From NCBI RefSeq assembly GCF_001194135.2, contig NC_068986.1, positions 501,389 to 565,388 on the forward strand: DNA of 64,000 nucleotides. Reading direction: 5' to 3'. Positions 1 to 11,490 of this stretch are shown here, in pieces. The notes under the pieces were generated by a model. The model made no database searches, was not told the DNA's origin, and saw only the letters and a list, made by a program, of their open reading frames with translations. The translations under genes were made by a program, and so were the position numbers. The DNA comes from Octopus bimaculoides. Taxonomy: Eukaryota. The first letter of the stretch is position 1; each line of letters begins with the position of its first letter.

Positions 1-727
1 CTGGCATTTATTTTTGTTTTCGACTCTTTTGAAATTGTCCACAATTTTGCTAATTCTTCGACGAAGGAAATATAACTGTCACCTACTTATTGACCGCATC
101 TTGACTTTTTTGCCTTCTAATCTTAATGGATTAATAAAGGTGCTGACGTGATATATGACTTGTCTGGGGCACTAGGGCATTCTTATAAACATGGGGAAAT
201 CCTTCACCTTCTACATTTAACTAAAGCCCATTCCTTGCAGATAAAATAATAGAAACGTGAGAAAGAAGAATTGATCCCTGTACAGGATTAGTACTTCATT
301 TATCGACAGTAAAGGTCGAAGTTGACCTGTCACGTTTACTTATAGGCTTCCAAATATAGCATTATAAAAATAGATAAAATATTGAATAATTTAGTTTTGG
401 ATTGGTACACTCTTCCTGAATGAAAAACGAACGCTGGTCATAGCGTAAATGACTTTGATAATAGGTCTGCTCGACTGAGGTTATCTTGGAGCTAAACAAC
501 AATTATACATAGAGTAACAGTAGAATCCGAAGAAACTAATGATGTACAACGTCAGTAAAAAATAATATATATAGCTCAAACGGTGGAAAATGGTTTATGC
601 ACTGAGGAAGAAGATAAGTCAAGCGTTTCGAACACTTATTTCATCTTCCGTAGAAGAGAAGGAATAACGGCCTTATCACCAGATCCTATCACTTGGCTTT
701 ATCACTAGCAAAATAGTTCAAATGCTG

Positions 728-860
728 TTGAGGTCGGTTTTGACTTTTATCCTTTCGGAGTCGATAAAATCAGTTCCAGTTGAGTAGTAATATCGATCCA
801 ATCGATTAGCCTCTCCCTTCAATAGTTCGAACCTTGTGCCTATAATGAAAATAATTATTA
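728..860 (+). mobile_element. tRNA-derived SINE family A, 3' part
   Basis: GAGGTCGGTTTTGACTTTTATCCTTTCGGAGTCGATAAAA core and CTTGTGCCTATAATGAAAATAATTATTA tail match the better copy at 35250-35460. Confidence 0.75.
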
Positions 861-939
861 GGACTGTTGATAGTTTTCTTAATGTGGTGTTGGTTTCCTC
901 ATGAATCTGCGATATCATTTTGCTGTTTCAAGCGTGCAA

Positions 940-1100
940 GACTTCACGCCTCTCCTCTTCCACTTCTCTGTTCTCCCTATCTTGCTTTCTTTCTCCTCTC
1001 TCCCTCTCTCTCTCTCCCTCTCTCTCTCTCTCTCACTTTGAATCTAATATTTCGCTTGCTCTTTCTATTTCTTTCTCCCTCCTTCTCTCTCTCTCTCTCG
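940..1100. repeat. Imperfect (CT)n microsatellite region
   Basis: Runs of CTCTCT seen directly; explains the Ser/Leu ORFs 867-1153. Confidence 0.9.
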
Positions 1101-1267
1101 CAAAGGTAGCGCATTCAATCCTCCTCGTCTCATTATTTTATTTCTTAAAATAAATGCAATAAACAATAAAAACAAATCGCGAGGAAATATCGTGAAGAAA
1201 CCCAGGAATCAATATCATTCTAATACGACCAATACTAGTTTGTTTCCGTTCGCTCAATGACTTTTAC

Positions 1268-1342
1268 CGATACAAAGACCACTAAGCGAAGGCTTATATT
1301 GAACATCATCACCTAATATCAGATCCTCGGTGAAGTTTTCGT
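1268..1342 (-). CDS. Weak candidate internal coding exon (phase 1-1, 75 nt): xENFTEDLILGDDVQYKPSLSGLCI
   Basis: Minus-strand TTTTTTTTAAAAAG acceptor, open frame, G|GTAAAA donor; no homology recognised. Confidence 0.2.
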
Positions 1343-1485
1343 CTTTTTAAAAAAAATTTTTTATGTCAATGATACGAGTTTCAGTCTCTCATTTCGCTTA
1401 TTGCTTTTTATTTTCCTTTGCATTTCTCAGATATTTTCCTATCCGCGATCCTGTAAAGCAAAAATCTCTTTTTCTCCAACCTTAT

Positions 1486-1508
1486 TTCTCTCTCTCTCTC
1501 TCTCTCTG

Positions 1509-1556
<48 letters not shown>

Positions 1557-1565
1557 TATATATAT
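1486..1565. repeat. (CT)n-(TA)n compound microsatellite
   Basis: Seen directly. Confidence 0.95.
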
Positions 1566-1720
1566 GATCAGTACGTGTGTATAAATATGCGTGTGCACGT
1601 GCGTGAGTGAGTTTGTGAAGTAAACAATGGAATACGATTCGTATCCGCTAAACGTATTCTTTTATTAATCCCATTGTTCATATTTTCCTTTTATTTTCAT
1701 CTCCAACTCCTTCTTATTCC

Positions 1721-1723
<3 letters not shown>

Positions 1724-1763
<40 letters not shown>

Positions 1764-1765
1764 CA
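1724..1765. repeat. (ATT)n microsatellite
   Basis: Seen directly. Confidence 0.95.
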
Positions 1766-1899
1766 TAGTTGCCCTTTGTTGCTGATATTGTTGGTATTGT
1801 ACATTATTGCTTCTTGAATTTCCATCTTTNNNNNNNNNNTTTCCATCTTTTTGGTTCTTCTTCTTCTTTTCTTTTACACCCCTTTTCCTGTAACACTCC

Positions 1900-2360
1900 T
1901 ACACTCCTCCTTTACCACACTATTCAACACCACTCCACACAACAACATCTCGACACTCTCCACCTCCGCTACTCAATTCTCCATCGCCCCTCCAATAACA
2001 CTTCACTCTACACCATTCCACTCAACATCACGCAACTCTACACCACTCAACTCTACACCACTCAACTCTACACCACTCAACTCTACACCACTCAACTCTA
2101 CACCACTCAACTCTACACCACTCAACTCTACACCACTCAACTCTACACCACTCAACTCTACACCACTCAAATATACAACATTCAGTTCTACAACAATCAG
2201 TTCTACACCACTCAACTCTACAACATTCAACTCTACACTACCCATTCTACAACATTCAACTCTACACTACCCATTCTACAACACTCTACACCACTGCCTT
2301 CGACATAATTCCACTCTCAACTCTACGCTACCACTGCATACACCACACCATTATACACCG
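1900..2360. repeat. 15-bp minisatellite CAACTCTACACCACT
   Basis: Nine perfect tandem units at 2033-2167 with degenerate units on both sides; a further unit near 3345-3365. Confidence 0.95.
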
Positions 2361-2523
2361 CACTGTCTCACACATCAATCACTAAAATATTTCTAGAGAT
2401 AAGAATATATTTTGCGAGAGATACAATATTTAGACAACATTACCGAGCAATGAGTATTTAATAATAATTGATTCTCATGCAATTAACAGTATGTATATAA
2501 ATATATTTACACGTACATATGCA

Positions 2524-2565
<42 letters not shown>

Positions 2566-3112
2566 NNNNNNNNNNNNNNNNNNNNNNNNNNNNNNNNNNN
2601 NNNNNNNNNNNNNNNNNNNNNNNNNNNNNNNNNNNNNNNNNNNNNNNNNNNNNNNNNNNNNNNNNNNNNNNNNNNNNNNNNNNNNNNNNNNNNNNNNNNN
2701 NNNNNNNNNNNNNNNNNNNNNNNNNNNNNNNNNNNNNNNNNNNNNNNNNNNNNNNNNNNNNNNNNNNNNNNNNNNNNNNNNNNNNNNNNNNNNNNNNNNN
2801 NNNNNNNNNNNNNNNNNNNNNNNNNNNNNNNNNNNNNNNNNNNNNNNNNNNNNNNNNNNNNNNNNNNNNNNNNNNNNNNNNNNNNNNNNNNNNNNNNNNN
2901 NNNNNNNNNNNNNNNNNNNNNNNNNNNNNNNNNNNNNNNNNNNNNNNNNNNNNNNNNNNNNNNNNNNNNNNNNNNNNNNNNNNNNNNNNNNNNNNNNNNN
3001 NNNNNNNNNNNNNNNNNNNNNNNNNNNNNNNNNNNNNNNNNNNNNNNNNNNNNNNNNNNNNNNNNNNNNNNNNNNNNNNNNNNNNNNNNNNNNNNNNNNN
3101 NNNNNNNNNNNN
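2566..3112. other. Assembly gap (N-run)
   Basis: N-run after (CT)n(TA)n. Other gaps: 1830-1839, 18535-18641, 42370-42422, 44935-44944, 57215-57314. Confidence 1.
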
Positions 3113-3379
3113 CTCCGTATGGTGTGTCCATGTGTGCATATATGTATACATACAAATATGTATGTATGTGTGTATGTATGTGTGTATTATGTGCATACGT
3201 ATGTATGTGTGTATTATGTGCATACGTATGTGTGTATGTATATATGCATGCATGCATGCATGCATGTCTCTATTTATATTTGTATTGAAATATGTATCGA
3301 AAGGGCTCTAAGACCTGATCAAGTTAATAAAAATAACATATACACTACTCAACTCTACACCACTTATATATATATATAA

Positions 3380-3597
3380 GCAAAACCACCAAGTTGGCTT
3401 GGCTAGCCACGTATGGGGTTTGAGGTCTAACGTTACACCACATACAATCAAGTGGAAAATAATTGACTAGTCCACACCATATGTTAACGGATCAAAAAAT
3501 ATAAGTTATGCGTAGCTGAAAGATCACAAATTTTTTTCAAATCTAAGAACTCCACCGCACTGCTGAATTCCAAGGAACAAATTCTATCAAGGGAATG
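3380..3597 (+). mobile_element. Penelope-like element GIY-YIG endonuclease C-terminal fragment (Naiad-like, tentative), pseudogenised
   Basis: Manual translation SHVWGLRSNVTPHTIKWKIID*STPYVNGSKKYKLCVAERSQIFFKSKNSTALLNSKEQILSR resembles the PLE EN tail (LSKHIWxLK...IKWKI...PY...KRCxLCxxEK...LNxRxE). Confidence 0.75.
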
Positions 3598-3599
3598 AT

Positions 3600-3917
3600 A
3601 GGATTTTGAAAGGTTAACATTTTCCACCTAATTTTAAAATTAATATTATCTTTTAATCTCCAAATGAATTTGCTAAAGCTTGTATTTTTGCGTTTGAGTT
3701 GATTTCCAAAAGAATTTTCATGATACGAAATTCCAGTTTTCACAAAACATTCTGTCGATCCAGTATGGAAGTAATTTTTCCCTTCTGCTTCCACAGTGGT
3801 ATACTGGTATACTAGATTCATACGTTTGCAATAATCATTACATTTGCATTTTTCTTTAATCTTACAATCAGAAAATTTATCAAGATTATCTTTGAAATTA
3901 ACTAAAATGTGAGTCAT
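3600..3917 (-). mobile_element. Penelope-like element GIY-YIG endonuclease fragment (Naiad-like, tentative)
   Basis: ORF 3543-3917: CKIKEKCKCNDYC..NLVYQYTTVE..YFHTGSTE..FVKT..YHENSF..TSFSKFIWRLKDNINFKIRWKML, a degenerate Cys linker plus GIY-YIG motifs. Confidence 0.75.
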
Positions 3918-4764
3918 TGCGGCTTATTTCCCTTTGATAGTTTAAACTAAAATTATCAAATTTACTCGTGACGGATATACTATGTGTGCTATTTCTTGGA
4001 GAAATAATAATTGTACGATTCTCGTAAAAATTATCTAATTTTGCATTATTAATAGAAGATATATAAGTAAATAAATTTCAAGTTACTGAAAAACCAGATC
4101 TTAAAAATATATTCTTAATAATTTCACTATACTGTTTACAAGCAAAGTCTACCTGTACCTTTGATTAAATTTGTTTTTATTTGTTCATCGCTTTCGAAAA
4201 TCGAAGATCCTTATTTTTTCATCGTTAAAATATTCCTTGCTATTAATGATACAACCGTACGAATTCATAAAACAGATTAAGAATTAACTTGTAGATTAAG
4301 ATATATCAAATGGGTTGAGTTTTAAATTCAATGTTCAGTAGTTTAATTAGAATCTTATATCGACAAAAACGCTGAATATTAAGGAGCGATTAATAAATTG
4401 CTTAATCTTGTAGTTGCTGGTTTAAATCCGTTAGGCTAATATAATTAATATGAAACTAAGAGCATTTGTCACTTAAATATACAGCGTTTTGATATGATAA
4501 AGCTCGACATTTCTGATAGCGGTAACATCAATTTTCATTCTTATAAATTCCACTGACTTATATTTATTTATCGATCATTGATCAATGAATGAAAAATTAA
4601 GAGGCCTTCGTCTGATTGAGATTTACGATATGAACTACTTCTTACGGAATTTACCAAATAATTTCTCTATATAGTAATGGAACCGGATGCTTCGATCCTG
4701 AGCTATCGGAAAAGCCTTAGTGGACCAAATTTTGCTACAGGGCAAAATAACTATGGATATAAGT

Positions 4765-4855
4765 GTGTATACGTATGTATGTATGTATGTATGTATGTAT
4801 GTATGTATGCATGCATGCATGCATGTATGTTTTTATATATATATATATATATATT
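4765..4855. repeat. (TATG)n/(ATGC)n/(TA)n compound microsatellite
   Basis: Seen directly. Confidence 0.95.
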
Positions 4856-4872
4856 AAAATAAATAATAGCGA

Positions 4873-5140
4873 CCGCAGGGTACTGTGCTGGGTCCACTTC
4901 TTTTTATTGTCTATATCAATGATGGCAGATTTCATTGAACATAGCACCATTAAAATATTTGCAGATGATTCTCAACTCCAAAAAGTTATTAAGGGAACAT
5001 ATGATCGAATAATGCTTCAACTGGACCCACGCGCAGTAATCCAGTGGATACAAAAAAAACAATATGCGGTTGAACGAGGAAAAATTTGAGCTCATCCGCT
5101 TTGGAAAAGAGGGCACACTCAAACAACCATATACACTACC
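4873..5140 (+). mobile_element. CR1/L2-group LINE reverse transcriptase fragment, frameshifted
   Basis: PQGTVLGPLLFIVYIND / IKIFADDSQL / QW..NMRLNEEKFELIRFG (RT PQG and FADD motifs). Confidence 0.85.
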
Positions 5141-5809
5141 GTTGCGATACCTACTTGAACCTCTCGTATGGATTCATGGTGCACACAACACTTACCTTAT
5201 ATTTATCTCCCATTTAATGCAGGTGTTCTCGTAAAATAGTCAACATTAAGTGTGAGACATATATACTTAAATGCTTTTGTAAATGTTATTTGATACAGTG
5301 ATAACAATTAAAGAACGAATTTTTTTGAAGTTATGAACTATTAAAAAAAAATATTAAATAGAATGTCACTAACATTTGTGAAAGAAATTTGTGTATTTTA
5401 TGCCTAGTGTGTATTTTGTGTGTAAGTGCCATTGTTGTTCAATTTCTCAAACGCATGTGTTCCGGGATAATTCGTGTAGAGGAAGTTGTCTTTAGAAATG
5501 GTGTTGACCATTTCTGTTTAAATTTCTGATTTAGAAATCTTATTAAATATTCTTCTTTTGCCTTTCGTAGTCGATAATTTTTTTCTTTTTTTTTTTTTTT
5601 TTTTTTTTTTTTTGCAAGAAAGGAAATTTTAGAATTTTCCATTTGCGCAAATGTCTAGATGTGTATTAGATGGAACATTTTTAAGAGATGAATCATTAAT
5701 TTGCTGTTTATGCAAATTTATATGGCTAGTTAGTTTTCTTCCTGTTTCCCCAATGTAATTCTCGTTGCATTGTGGGTATGTGATGCAATAGATGAACTTT
5801 TTTTTGCTT

Positions 5810-6560
5810 TGTAATTCATGTTTACATTGCCTTCCAATTCCTTCCCATTCCTGAACCTTTTGGTTGTTCTCTCTTCAATTACTTCACAGGTCCCACAACG
5901 CGGGTCTCAACAGTTTATTACCTGCATTATTTCCTTCTCCGATGTGAATCTCGCTTTTCTTAGAAGTCTCTTGAAATTCGGTCGTTGTTTTCGGTTGTTG
6001 ATGATCTGTGATTTTTAATTATCTGTCGGGGATTTGATGATTACTGTAGAATTGGAAGGTGACATTTGGCCGAATGTAGGTTGTTGTGTTTCCTAGGATT
6101 ATATTTATATTTGTACTGTTGTTTTCACCGTCAATGTGAGTATTTCTCCGTAAGGCAGAGTTCGGAGTTTTTATTTACTTTGGCTATGGCATGATTTATT
6201 TGGGGTTTTTTTAGGGGAGTATTTCTGTTTTGGAAGGAATATATTTAGTTCAAACAGTTGTTTCTCTCTTCTATTTGTGTCTGTAACTATTGGTTACATA
6301 CATCTTGTCATATTGAATAGTATGTTTCCTTTTGAATGGGAAGGGTAGCAAGACCTAGAACCTAAAATATTGCTGTGTGTCTGAGTCCTTGTTGTAAAGA
6401 TCAGTTGTAGCTGTCTTATTTTCTTATCCAAAAAACGGAGTTTCCTTTCATTCGTTTACATAGTGAACTGGATTGATTCATGGGATATGTTTATTAATTT
6501 AAGGAATTTTGCATGGTTCTCCTTACTTTTGTTCCAAAAGCTTACATCGTTTGCTCCTAT
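5810..6560 (-). mobile_element. Penelope-like element (Neptune-like) RT thumb and Cys linker fragment, decayed
   Basis: Minus translation: HESIQFTM*TNE..FLD..TTDLYNKDSDTQQY..SCYPSHSKGNILFNM..KQKY..RKQRPNFKRLLRKARF..C*DPRCGTC. Confidence 0.75.
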
Positions 6561-6604
6561 TTCCAGCTGTTCAACAAGCTTCCATTTACTTTAATCCAGG
6601 GCCG

Positions 6605-6815
6605 GGGATATAGGAGATGCAGTCCTTAAACCCACTGGACGCCAGGGCCTCGTTGTAATAAGAGGCTGCGGCGTCGAATATCTCTTCACTTGAGGACAGG
6701 CTGGAGATTCTCTCACTGACATCTTTCACGAGGCTCCTGAACACATTAGGTGGATGAGAGGAGGCTGTGGTGATGTAGGACCAGCTTCTCGTCTGGTTTG
6801 TGGTAGAATCTGTAA
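6605..6815 (-). mobile_element. Penelope-like element (Naiad-like) RT thumb fragment
   Basis: YRFYHKPDEKL.YITTASSHPPNVFRSLVKDVSERISSLSSSEEIFDAAASYYNEALASSGFKD matches the PLE motif YRKPN..YI...SNHPP..IS.LSS.EEIF..A...Y..AL..SG. Confidence 0.8.
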
Positions 6816-6944
6816 GAACAGAAGCTCAAATCTAACGTAACGTCTAAAGAGTTTACAATCGTGAGGTTGGTCTCCATTGTTATGCATGACCAACAATAAC
6901 ATTTAACTTCCTATTATATATGGAAGTTGATAAAGCAAATGTAT

Positions 6945-7110
6945 TTGTTCCGGCACTTTTCGCTCCTAGTTCAAATTTCATCGGGGTTATTTTTGCCTTT
7001 TATGCCTTCAGGGACGGTAAATTAATGTACCGTCAAATACTGGAGTTGAAGATATAGATCCGCCCCCTCAAAACTGTTGACTTTTAATCATATCAGAAAC
7101 TATTAGCATT
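6945..7110 (+). mobile_element. SINE family A, degenerate
   Basis: AGTTCAAATTTCATCGGGGTTATTTTTGCCTTTTATGCCTTCAGGGACGGTAAATTAATGTACC core. Confidence 0.65.
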
Positions 7111-7194
7111 GTTGATGTTGTTGCTGTTGTTGCTGCTGCTGTTTTTGTTGTTATTGTTGAATTGCTCATGTAAAAATATCTCACATAAGCAAGT

Positions 7195-7330
7195 GACCAC
7201 AGATATGAGGGAGGGGAAGAAGTGTAAGCGTTGAAATTACTTCCAATACTTGAATGGTCCATTGTTTTAGTGCTGCCATCAGAATGAAAGATAAAGCCGA
7301 CGACTGTCTGATTTGAACTCAGAACGTAAC
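7195..7330 (-). mobile_element. SINE family A, degenerate
   Basis: GAATGAAAGATAAAGCCGAC..ATTTGAACTCAGAACGTAA is the reverse complement of the core and B-box. Confidence 0.65.
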
Positions 7331-8902
7331 GACACATCATGAAAAAAAAATATTTCTAAAAAAATGTAACTTAAGCTGCAAAATGAGAAATTAATTTTCC
7401 ATCGTTTTCCTTTTGAAACTCACTGATTCCTTTGTCTATCAGAGACAGGTGGGTCAACTTGTGTTTCAGCGTCACTCTGTTATATCGATTGTGTCGCCAT
7501 TTCTTATAACGATGTATTTTATTTTGTTTTGTTTTTATGAACTGAATTCTAAACAAGAAAATATATGAGAAAACTACACGACACCCGAAATTGTATGGCT
7601 TATAAATTATATATCCTCTCTTAACTCTGAATTTCAACTTTTCTACTTATCATTTCGTCCATGTTTTGAAGATTAACTGCTATTTGATACTCCAAATTTC
7701 AGTTACTTATGACTTCTTGCCAGCATCATGATAAATCTAAGTGAATCTCTGAGATTTATGTAGCAGAAAGAAAACTGACGTTAAATTGATTTGGCAGAAA
7801 TTAAAAACTGAACTAATAGCTACAATACTGTCATTTATCAGCAGAATGTTACGTGACAGAATTTCAAAGTCCGTTTTAAAAATTTGAAATTGACGGGCAA
7901 ACTGATTAATTTCTGTTGGACGAAGGCCGCTCATATCATCTCCATAATTGGACAGGTATAAGAATATGTAAAAAATAAATTAATATTTTACAATTTAAAT
8001 AAAATTTCAAGAAATTACTTTCTAGCTATTATGTTTGATTTTCATTAACTGTAATCTGAAAGCGATATCTGTTTGCCCACTTAGAGAAAGTGGTGTTGAC
8101 TGATTCTACAGCGATTTTAAATTAACTCTTTAAGTTGATTCATATATGGAGAAAATTGGAATTATCGATTAATCACCATTCAGATAATTCTAATGACATA
8201 ATTCTAAGATTTCATTAATTCGAATAAAACGGATGGATTTTGCTTATTTTATTTCTTAATTTCAAATCTTTACAAATGTGCTACTTTTTTTTTACCTTTA
8301 ATATTTGTTATATTTCTTTCTAAATTTATTTCATTTTCATTTATTTCACTTATTTCATTCTCGTTACTGTTCACCAGAAGATAACATATCCAGTAACAAT
8401 AATTTTTTCCATTCAATTTTTTTATCACCAAATCTTTGTCTAATGGAAGAAAGATTAGATTATCAGTAACCAAATTCCTCGTCCATAATGCAATAATATA
8501 GTTTAGAGGCAAACGATTTGCACCGTATTCCAATCACTTTATGATATTTCGAATTCTTCATTTCTCAGCAAGCAACACAACATATGGCCTAAAATGTTTG
8601 CTCATGATGATTGGAGATGAATAAAATTCCAGGCTTAAGTAAATTTCGTTCATTTTACAAGCGCATATAAAAGAAATATAGGTTTCCCCTTATTTTTTTC
8701 TTTAGTATTTTCCGTAATTTCTTTTTGAAATAACTCAGTGTTTACCAACCATTTCAAACTTTATAAATATCAATTTTTATCAAAATACTTTGTCTTTGAA
8801 AGCTGCTACTTTTAATCCAACCGTCTCATTCTGTTATGAAAGCTATACAATAAATATATGGTTTACATTGGCAGAATAATGCAGATACAATAAGTCATAC
8901 TT

Positions 8903-9019
<117 letters not shown>

Positions 9020-9090
9020 CGCGCGTGTGGGTGCATTCACATATTTATACATATACGTAAATACAAGTATAGGTTACTGTATATGCTTCA

Positions 9091-9300
9091 CAAAGTGAAG
9101 CTGCTTGGCACAGATTGACCTTGAACTCTACTGTGCACGCGCACTAAGTTTTTACGTTCTAACTCTCTTCCGCTGTTTACAGCAGTGCTTGGAAGGAAGG
9201 TGTGTTGCGTGTGATCGTCGCATTGACCATGACAGAGAAAGTTGAGCAGAGAATCTGCATCAAATTTTGCCAAAAGCTTAGCGATACCTGCTCAGAGGCC
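9091..9300 (+). mobile_element. Mariner 5' UTR and transposase N-terminus (left arm of fold-back)
   Basis: ATG at 9229: MTEKVEQRICIKFCQKLSDTCSEA, a typical mariner HTH start. Confidence 0.85.
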
Positions 9301-9880
9301 GACACAAACTTTTCAAACAGTGTTCATTGTTCTCAACACTATCAAGATCTTGTGCAACCGACACCCCAATGTCCTTTTGGTAAGCTGAAAGTGGTTTGGG
9401 CACAAACTTTGCAGACATTGGTCCCATCCCCAAATCTTCAATGACAATGGAGTGAACCGAAGCGTGACGTCTGATAACTCACGGACAGGGATTCGACGAT
9501 TTCCTCTCACTGCTGCACGCACATCTGCGATGCTTTGCTCAGTTCTGCTGGTTGCAGGTCTCTCAGAACATTCGTCAATACCGACATTTTTTCGGGCATC
9601 TTGTAAACGTCTGAACCACTCATACACTTAAATGAGGTTCATACACTCTCACCATACACTTTCTGCAACTTTGCATAGGCCTCTTTGCATAGGCCTCTCT
9701 GTCATGGTCAATGCGACGGTCACACGCTACACACCTTCCTTCCAAGCACTGCTGTAAACAGTGGAAGTGAGTTAGAGCATTAAAACTTAGTGCGCATGCA
9801 CAGTAGAGTCTAATGTCAATTACCTGTGCAAGCAGCTTCACTCTGCATGCTTTAGCTTCGTTACTATTGCAACAGTGTGT
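9301..9880 (-). mobile_element. Mariner 5' half, inverted (right arm of fold-back), decayed
   Basis: Minus: EAYAKLQKVYGE..YEWFRRLQDARKNVGIDECSERPATSRTEQSIADVRAAVRGNRR..AKFVPK; 5' UTR is the inverted copy of 9094-9238. Confidence 0.85.
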
Positions 9881-9940
9881 GTGTGTGAGTGTCAGCATGC
9901 ATTACATATATAAATATATATTATATATATGTATATATAT

Positions 9941-10154
9941 ACCGGAGTAAGCACATAAATGTGCAACAAGGTGGAAAAAAGAGTAATCAAATACCCGATG
10001 TTGTAGAGTAATATACTTTATTTAAAAGCAGCAGAAATATAACAAAAAACTGTTACTGAGTTTCACGTTCCCGTTCATCGGAAACTCCGATGAACGGGAA
10101 CGTGAAACTCAGAGTAACAGTTTTTTGTTATATTTCTGCTGCTTTTAAATAAAG
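9941..10154. mobile_element. PLE terminal repeat (pLTR) in inverted duplication
   Basis: Near-perfect palindrome 10016-10154 containing hammerhead-like cores on both strands; flanked by (TA)n. Confidence 0.65.
10086..10120 (+). ncRNA. Minimal type-I hammerhead ribozyme motif (helix I damaged); mirror copy on minus strand at 10047-10082
   Basis: CCGATGA-ACG(GGAA)CGT-GAA-ACTC(A)GAGT-A: core with U4C, 3-bp helix II with GNRA loop, palindromic helix III, GUA site. Confidence 0.6.
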
Positions 10155-10155
10155 C

Positions 10156-10192
<37 letters not shown>

Positions 10193-10199
10193 AGTCTCA

Positions 10200-10357
10200 G
10201 CTTTAGCCGAACGATCCGCACAAATGATTTCTTTATAATGATCAATTATTCGTGCCACACACTAGCTCACTCACTCCATCAGCGCACAACCCGGTCTAGG
10301 AACTGAAATCACGATCTCGCGATCATGTGTGCAACACCATAACTACTAAGTCATGCG

Positions 10358-10362
<5 letters not shown>
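10200..10362 (-). mobile_element. tRNA-headed SINE family C, degenerate
   Basis: Minus: GAGGGCGCATGACTTAGTAGTTA..GATCGTGATTTCAGTTCCTAGACCGGG with A/B-box-like motifs. Confidence 0.55.

Positions 10363-10432
<70 letters not shown>
10363..10432. repeat. (GT)n/(GCGT)n microsatellite
   Basis: Seen directly. Confidence 0.95.
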
Positions 10433-10859
10433 AGGCATGTTGGTAGATATGTAGATATATAGGGAAGTATATTATCGAATGTATCTCTGATAAAAGGATG
10501 CATGTTTACTCGGGCTGCAACTGAGACGTGTGAACTCCATTATAAATAAACCATTTCTTTCGAAAGAGTTAATGAATGTGTGTTTCTGTCAATAATAAAG
10601 AAAGCTGACATATTTGACAAGGTCAAATACACTGAAATATAACTATGAATTGACAAACGACATGGACGGTTTAAGCGACTAATCAAACGTGGTTTGAGTT
10701 TTGATTAATACAAGATGTAGCGTCGCAGATATGGTCAGACATGGGGTTATCGTTGCAGATGTGGTCATGTGATTAAAAAGTTCGCTTCCTTTTTAACATC
10801 TAGTCTAACATCTTGGCTAGGCTTCTCTTTACAATGGCTTAAAGACTACCTAAGCTTCA

Positions 10860-11270
10860 TAGATAAACGGAAACTGCGAACGAAAACTATGGTTCTGAAC
10901 GTTGAAATGGGGTTGCTCGACGGGATTTGTTACTCGAATATCAGGGATTTTATCCAGGCCGAGACGCTGCTTTTCCGCATTGAGGGGTCACAGTTTCAGT
11001 ACTAGTAGTCTGTTGCAGGAAAGAATCGCAAGACAGACTCTTCAAGTCAAACCACCCGGGAGGAGAACTAAGAGTAGACCAAGAGTGAGATGGTTGGATA
11101 ATATCCAGTCTTTGTCGGTCACTTTTGGAAACTCCAATGGCGGTTGCTGGTGATAGTGACCTATATAGGAAGCGCCTGACGGCTCTACCAGCATGTCTCA
11201 CCCAGGAATAGTGAGCGGTGAAAATGGATGAAGGGATGCATGCATGCATGGATGGATGGATGGATGGATA
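10860..11270 (+). mobile_element. RTE-clade LINE 3' end (Rex3/Expander-like) with (GGAT)n tail
   Basis: QERIARQTLQVKPPGRRTKSRPRVRWLDNIQ C-terminus, then GCGGTGAAAATGGATG and (GGAT)n. Confidence 0.7.
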
Positions 11271-11457
11271 CTAGTAACACACTACGTCACATGGAGTGTG
11301 AATCAAGATTACGGCAAGGGCATATGTGATTGTTCAGTCATTTACAATAGGATTCAATGAATAAGCAGTTCAATTTCAAATTCTAGAACAACCGACATAT
11401 TCATCGTCGAAACCGATGAAGATCCATTTACTTTTACCACACCATTTATAAATAAAA

Positions 11458-11490
<33 letters not shown>

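Noticed and set aside
617-656. Hammerhead-like string on the minus strand (CGGAAGA..GAAACGCTT)
   Set aside because: Core U4, the helix III palindrome and helix I are all broken; too degenerate to support.
2491-3379. Long ORFs of 230-320 aa in the ORF track here and at 11688-12653, 46277-46738, 57071-57461, 58418-58914
   Set aside because: They are open only because they run through N-gaps and dinucleotide repeats.
3380-6815. Selenocysteine-type in-frame UGA codons, reported for some Naiad PLEs
   Set aside because: The stops I could read (TAG at 3468-3470, terminal TGA at the junction, TGA in C*DPRC) do not align with conserved cysteines, and no SECIS was recognised.
7068-7340. 90-aa minus-strand ORF that looks protein-like
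   Set aside because: It overlaps a SINE family A copy and a trinucleotide repeat.
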